From an uncultured Acidimicrobiales bacterium (GTDB lineage: Bacteria; Actinomycetota; Acidimicrobiia; Acidimicrobiales; CAWCAL01): a stretch of DNA of 64,000 nt. The notes below the pieces were generated by a model that was not told where the DNA came from, did not search any database, and was given only the letters and a program-made list of their open reading frames with translations. Shown here in pieces: positions 54,982 through 64,000 of this stretch. A program made the translations under genes and the position numbers. Positions within the stretch are counted from its first letter, which is position 1, and every line of letters starts with the position of its first letter. The stretch covers positions 221,964 to 285,963 of the forward strand of contig CAWCAL010000004.1 of the NCBI GenBank assembly GCA_963793475.1, in the 5' to 3' direction.

Positions 54982-57145
54982 CTAGCCGCTGGGCTCGGGG
55001 TCGGTGGCGAGGAGCACGACCACGACCGTCGCGTCGACCGTCTCGAGCACGTGCTCCACCGCGTGCCCCAGGAACGGCCGGCCCTCGACGTGACGCAACG
55101 ACGCACCCAGAATGACCAGGTCGACGCCGTTGTCGCCGGCCGCCGACACCATCACCGAACCGGCCGGTGAACCCGAGCGCACGTCGGTGCGGGGACTGAC
55201 GCCGTACTCGGCCGCCGCGCTGGATCGCATCCTGGACGATGCGCTCGGCGGTGTCGAGATCGGCCGCCGACGACGTGACCCCGGCCCGCCGCATGCTGAG
55301 CAGATCACCCAAGCCACCCATCCGGCTGTCGGGCCGATCGACGACGTGGGTGAACACCAATTCGGTCCCCAACGACTGACTGATACTGCAGGCGATCTCC
55401 TGAGCCGCCCGCGAGGATCGACCTCCGGTGACCGGCACCAGGGCCCGGCTGAACGCCGCCGGAAGCCGGGTGCCCTGATTGCGGGCCCGACGGACGACGA
55501 CCATCGGGATGGGTGCATGGCTCAGGACCTCGTCCAAGACCGGGGACAGCAGTCGTCCCTCCTGCCCGGTGTCGGCCAGACCCAGCGCGCAGACGCCGTA
55601 CCCCAGCCGGGCCTCGGCCAGGATGGCGCCGGCCAGGTCGTGCGACTTGATGCGCTTCTCGTCGAACTGGCGGTCGAACAGCACGTTGCGGATCGGCTCG
55701 AGATCCGCAGAGGTCGCAATGTCTCCCACCGTGGCCACCGTGGCCGGCGCTTCGTCGGGCCAGGCGTACTGCATGACCTGGGCCGCCACGATGCTGTTGG
55801 GCGAGCCGACCGTCGGCAACAACATGCGCTTCGAATTCACCACGACGTTGCGCGCCAGCGCCTCCTCACGCTCGAGCCGTTCCCGCTCGGTGGCGGTGCC
55901 CTCCCAGCCCCGCACCGACAACCGCAATCCGACCGACGCCACGAGCGAGGTGACGAGCGGCACCAGCACGATGACGGCGAACGCCGTGTCGGAAAGCACA
56001 CCCAGCGACACACCGACGGTGGCGATCACGATCTCGAGCGCCCCGCGTGCGTTGAGTCCGGATCCGAGTGCCATGCCCTCACGATTGGTGAGACCACCGA
56101 TCCGGGCGCCGGCGTACGCTCCGCCGAACTTGGCCACCACCGCGACCAGGACGATCACCACCGCCCACATCAGTGCCTCACCCCGGAGCAGGCCGAAGTC
56201 GGCCCGCAGACCGGCGGTGGCGAAGAAGAGGGGCGCCAAGACCGACGCCGTGATGGAATCGATGTGCTCGGCCACCTGCCCCTGCTGGAACCGCGACCGG
56301 TTGACGACGATGCCGGCGATGAACATGCCGAGCAGGGCTTCGACGCCCAGCCACTGGGTGACCACGCCGAATCCGAGCGCCACGATCATCGTGGCGGTGA
56401 TGCCGCCGCCCACGTTGACGCCGCCCCGCCGGGCCCGGCGCAGCAGGTAGTCGACGATGCGCTGGCCGACGGTGAAGGCGAACAGGACGAACAGCCCGAG
56501 ACCGAGGAGGGTGACGGCGACATCGGCAACCGAGATATGACCCGAGGCGGCGATACCCGCGAAGACGCCGAGCAGCACCCACCCGACGACGTCGTTCGCC
56601 ATTCCGGCCGCGACGGTGATCTGGCCGAAGTCGCGTCGCATCAGTCCCAGCTCGGACAGGATCTTGCCGACGACGGCCAGCGAGGAGACGCTGAGCGCCG
56701 CTGCGATGAACAGCGTCAACGTCGTCTGGTCGTCGAGCTCGCCGCGGAAGACGGCGGGGAGCCCAACGCCGACCGCCAGTCCGGCCACCAGCGGCACGAT
56801 CAGGCTGGAGCCGGCCACCCACGCGGCCGCCCGACCCAGGCGGGAGATGATCCCCAGATCGGTCTCGAATCCGGTGACGACCAGCAGCATGGCCGCCCCC
56901 AACCAGGCGACCCCCTGCAACGCACCCGACTGGATCTCACTGTCGGGCAGGAACCACTCGAACCCGCTCTCCCAGATCCGTCCGAAGACCGAGGGCCCCA
57001 GCAGCACGCCGGCCCCCAGTTCGCCGATCACGGTCGGCAGGCCGACCGCCCGGCAGAGGTAGCCGAGACCGCGAGCCAGCGCGAGCAAAGCGAAGAGCTG
57101 GGTCCAGAAGACCAGCAGTTCGTGCTCGCTGAGCGATGTGAGCAT
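54982..57145 (-). pseudogene. Kef-type cation:proton antiporter (CPA2) fused to tandem Usp domains, 1-nt frameshift as given
   Basis: ORF 54926..57145 has ~12 TM helices (GELGAGVLLGPSVFG...) and a first Usp domain. After AERIVQDAIQR the frame is lost (about 55211-55220). ORF 54982..55518 supplies AAAEYGVSPRTDVRSGSPAGSVM...VDLVILGAS...GHAVEHVLETVDATVVVV. 2163 nt after removing one base. Confidence 0.85.
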
Positions 57146-57876
57146 CAGCTCCGACCCGGCTGGCCCGGTTTGGCATCACGAGCCGACCGCAGCGCCGAGA
57201 GCACGGTGGGATCGATGGTGACGAACAGCCCCTCGGCCTCGGCCGTCAGCTCGCCATCGGCCGAGCAGGTCCCCTCGACGAACACCTTGCGTCCGTCCAC
57301 TCGCACCATGCGGCCCTCCATGACGAGGTCCCGGTGCAGAGGCGTCGGGCGCCGGTAGTTGACGATCAGCCGAGCCGTCATCCCCGCGGTTCCCGACAGC
57401 GTCTGGGTCGCGCCGAGCAGTTCGTCGAACACGGCAGCCACGTAGCCCCCGTGCACGCAGCCCGGCGGGCCCTCGTAGGCCGACCCGAAATGGACGTTGG
57501 CGATCACCCGGTCGCCCTCGATCTCCACCCGCAGAGGAGGGGACAGTGGGTTGGCCAGCCCCAGGATGGGACTGTGGTCGAAGGTGGCGTTGGGATCGGC
57601 GCCGGCCGTGGCCGACTCGGCGAAGCCCTCGTAGGTTCGCCCCGAGGGCCACTTGGCCATCTCGGCGATGAGATCACCCATGCGGTCGGCGGCGATGGTG
57701 AGGAGATCGGTGGGCGCCTGGGACGCCACCATCAGTTCGATCACGTCACGCATCTGGCCGGCCATGCGCCGCAACTCGGCCTGGTGAGCGCTGACGTCGT
57801 CGACCTGGGCCCAGCGGGATTGCAGCCGTTGGCGCTGCGCTGGATCGCCGGTGAACAACGGCGCTTCGTCGCTCAT
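57145..57876 (-). CDS. PaaI-family (hotdog-fold) thioesterase
   Basis: 243 aa. C-terminal GPPGCVHGGYVAAVFDELLG...TARLIVNYRRPTPL...GRKVFVEG hotdog pattern. Confidence 0.8.
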   Translation of the reverse strand: MSDEAPLFTGDPAQRQRLQSRWAQVDDVSAHQAELRRMAGQMRDVIELMVASQAPTDLLTIAADRMGDLIAEMAKWPSGRTYEGFAESATAGADPNATFDHSPILGLANPLSPPLRVEIEGDRVIANVHFGSAYEGPPGCVHGGYVAAVFDELLGATQTLSGTAGMTARLIVNYRRPTPLHRDLVMEGRMVRVDGRKVFVEGTCSADGELTAEAEGLFVTIDPTVLSALRSARDAKPGQPGRS

Positions 57877-58652
57877 ACGGTCGGAGAACAGGCCGAGGAC
57901 GGGAGCGTGGTCGGATGGCTTCTGGCCCTTGCGAGCGTTGCGGTCGACGAGATCGCTCGACCGATCGAGCGGCCAGCGACCGACTGGCGAGCAGGTAGTC
58001 GATGCGGAGGCCCATCTTCTTGTGGAAATTGCCGCCCCGATAGTCCCACCAGCTGTACAGCCCGCCGTCCTCGTAGCGCTGACGAAACACGTCGACCAGG
58101 CCGAATCCCTTGATCTCGTCCAGTGCCTTGCGCTCGCGGTCGGACACGTGGGTCGCCCCCTCGAAGGCCTTCGGTGTCGTACACGTCACGGTCCTCGGGG
58201 GCGACGTTCCAGTCCCCCAGGACCACGACGTCGGTGGCGGGGTCGGCGACGGCGTCGAGATGGGTCCGCAGCCGCGCCAGCCAGGAGAGCTTGTACTGGT
58301 AGTGGTCGTCCTCGAGGGACCGGCCGTTGGGGACGTAGACGGTCGCGACCCGGACGCCGCCGCACGTGGCGGTGAGCAGTCGAGCGTCGGTGTCGGGTTC
58401 GATGCCGTCGGCGAAGCCGTAGACGACGTCGTCGATGCCGACCCGGCTGAGGATGGCCACGCCGTTCCAGCGCCCCTCGCCGTGATGCACGGCCTCGTAG
58501 CCCAACCCTGGAACGTCAGCAGCGGGAAGTCACCGTCCGCCATCTTGGTCTCCTGCATGCACAGGACATCGGGCTGCACCCGTGCCGTCCACTCCTCGAC
58601 CCGCGGGAAGCCGGGCCTTCAGCGAGTTGACGTTCCAGGTGGCGATGAGCAC
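57877..58652 (-). pseudogene. xth: exodeoxyribonuclease III (ExoIII/Xth), at least four frame changes
   Basis: Hand-assembled pieces: VLIATWNVNSLKARLP | RVEEWTARVQPDVLCMQETK...LTFQG | LGYEAVHHGEGRWNGVAILSR...VVLGDWNVAPEDRDVYD | PKAFEGATHVSDRERKALDEI...YSWWDYRGGNFHKKMGLRIDYLL | DRNARKGQKPSDHAPV. Junctions near 58606, 58505, 58174 and 57952. Confidence 0.8.
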
Positions 58653-58779
58653 CGTGGAAGACTAGTGGTGCCTCAACGCAGGGGGTGCCGAGCGGAAGCC
58701 GGTAGCAGGTCGTCCCGTCACCGGAAATGGGGCATTCAACCCTGTAATCGACCCCGTCTACGGCCGATAACACCAAACG

Positions 58780-60179
58780 ATGGTGCCGCTCCCTCCGTTT
58801 CGTCTGCTCTTCGCCGCCGGGATCGTCGTCGGCGTGCTGGGGACGGCGTGCGCACCGCGGACAGCGAAACCGGCGGCCGCGCCGGGGCGGAGCCGACCGT
58901 CCTGCCGGCGGCGGCACCGGAGCGGCCCCGGGCGCACTGCGCGTCGTTTTCCCGGAACTGGCCGCCAGCTGGGACCCGGCTCTGGCGACGACACCCGGTG
59001 GCTTCCCAGCAGATCCAGCACGTCATGGAGCCGTTGATTCGATACGAGGCCGACGGCACGTTCCGGCGCGGTCTGGCCCGAGTCCTGGGCCTACGACCGA
59101 GGAGGCTGACCTTCGAGATCGAGCTCGAACCCGACGCCCGGTTCTCCACCGGTGCGTCGCTGACGTCGGAGGACGTGGCATTCTCGGTCACCGACTGGCA
59201 TGCCGGACGGCTGTTCGGTGATCGCTACGACATGATTGCGGCCACCACCATCGTCGACGACGACACGCTCGAATTCGAACTGTCACGGCCTGCGCCCGAG
59301 CTGGAGCTCCACCTCAGCCAGGCCGCCGCTGCGATCGTCCCGGTCGAACTACGCGAATCGGACCCGTAGGGACTTCTTCAGCGCCCCGTCGGGGCCGGGC
59401 CCTACCGGATCTCGAGCTGGTCGCCGGGGGCCGAGCTCACCCTGGCCACCAACCCGGTCTCCCATCATCTCGATGACCTGGCATTCGACACGATCGTCAT
59501 GCGGGCGGAGCCGGACGCCGTCGCCCGGCTGGCCGAGTACCGAAGCGGCGCCGCCGACCTGGTCCCCATCAGGAGCTGGGACATTCCCGAGCTGCCCGCC
59601 GATCAGGTCGTTCTCGCCGCTCCACATCGGCTGACATTCGTCGGGCTGAATCGACACCGACCCGTCGCCGACCGCGAAGGGCAGGAGGCCCTCGCCGCCG
59701 TGCTGGACTACCCGGCCATGGCCGACCTGGCCGAGGGAACCATGGCCATTCCGTACGGCGCCGACGGACTCACACGCCCCGCCGTTGCGGCCGGCTCCGC
59801 TCCGGCCCTCGACCAGGCCGAACTGATCTTCGACGCAACCGACCGCGACCATCGGCGACTGGCGGAATCGGTGGAGGCCGCGGTGGCCGGTCTGGGCCAC
59901 GTCATCCAGGTCGTCGGATTGGATGCCGACGTGTTCGACGAGCGACGAGCCGCGGGCGACTACGACCTGATCCTGGTGCGGACCGACGCCCAGCAGACCA
60001 GCGCCGATCTCCCCGACGATGCCGAGCTACCTGCCTCTCGTCGCCCACCGGACCCCCTTCGCCCGACATCCCTCGGTCGGGGATTTCCATCCCCTCCCGA
60101 CCGGCACCTGGTGGTTCGACGACCTGACCACGGTGACGGGCGCGACGGCGAGCCGGAAGCCGAGGCGGCGGAGCGGTAG
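58780..60179 (+). pseudogene. family-5 ABC-transporter substrate-binding lipoprotein, at least five frame changes
   Basis: Signal/lipobox MVPLPPFRLLFAAGIVVGVLGTAC (frame 1); ALRVVFPELAASWDPALA (frame 2); IQHVMEPLIRYEADGTF...SEDVAFSV (frame 0); RDFFSAPSGPGP (frame 1); YRISSWSPGAELTL...DYDLILV (frame 0); YLPLVAHRTPFARHPSVGDFHPLPTGTWWFDDL (frame 1). Confidence 0.65.
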
Positions 60180-60189
60180 CCTGCCCGGC

Positions 60190-63944
<3,755 letters not shown>

Positions 63945-63962
63945 CCCAATACAGTTGTCACC

Positions 63963-64000
63963 GTGACGCTCGCCGACCTCGAGTTCGACAACCGGTTCAC
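63963..64000 (+). CDS. selO: 5' end of a gene running off the right edge; SelO (YdiU)-like N-terminus
   Basis: GTG at 63963: VTLADLEFDNRF... resembles the L.FDNxF start of protein adenylyltransferase SelO. Only 12 codons are visible. Confidence 0.35.
   Translation, partial: MTLADLEFDNRF

Overview
Very G+C-rich chromosomal segment of Actinomycetota type; gene order and a multidomain Kgd point to an actinobacterium, but the class cannot be told by eye.

Layout:
- Left ~41 kb: conserved housekeeping backbone, mostly on the minus strand. It runs rplS-trmD-rimM-KH-rpsP, ffh-(acidic lipoprotein)-ftsY, an mprA/mprB/pepD-like regulator-kinase-HtrA triad, MoxR-DUF58 plus vWA, map, smc, mutM, rnc, acp, plsX, rpmF, DUF177, coaD, rsmD, recG, DAK2. 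Then come two tandem hexapeptide acyltransferases, pckA, hsp20 and a five-gene enzyme cluster.
- 41.8-48.6 kb: looks accessory or decayed. It holds a DUF2200 remnant, a Coq4-like protein, a mazEF-like TA pair, a padR operon ending in a beta-lactamase-like lipoprotein, and a DUF222-HNH gene with a duplicated 3' end.
- Right end: two CitE-like CoA-ester lyases, a UvrD2-like helicase, a Kef-type antiporter-Usp fusion, a PaaI thioesterase, xth, an SBP5 gene, kgd and the start of selO.

I recognised no rRNA, tRNA, CRISPR array, integrase or transposase.

Two properties stand out:
1. At least ~18 single-base frame disruptions interrupt otherwise well-conserved genes (response regulator, smc, rsmD, mazF, serine hydrolase, HNH, antiporter, xth, SBP5, kgd). 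Most sit at short G/C runs. Either the assembly carries uncorrected indels or this is real gene decay.
2. A small family of palindromic elements (core GGGGTCAG[G/A]C[A/C]CC) has arms that contain the stop codons of flanking genes.

I did not find a convincing, clearly novel multi-gene system. The candidates below are flagged with that caveat.
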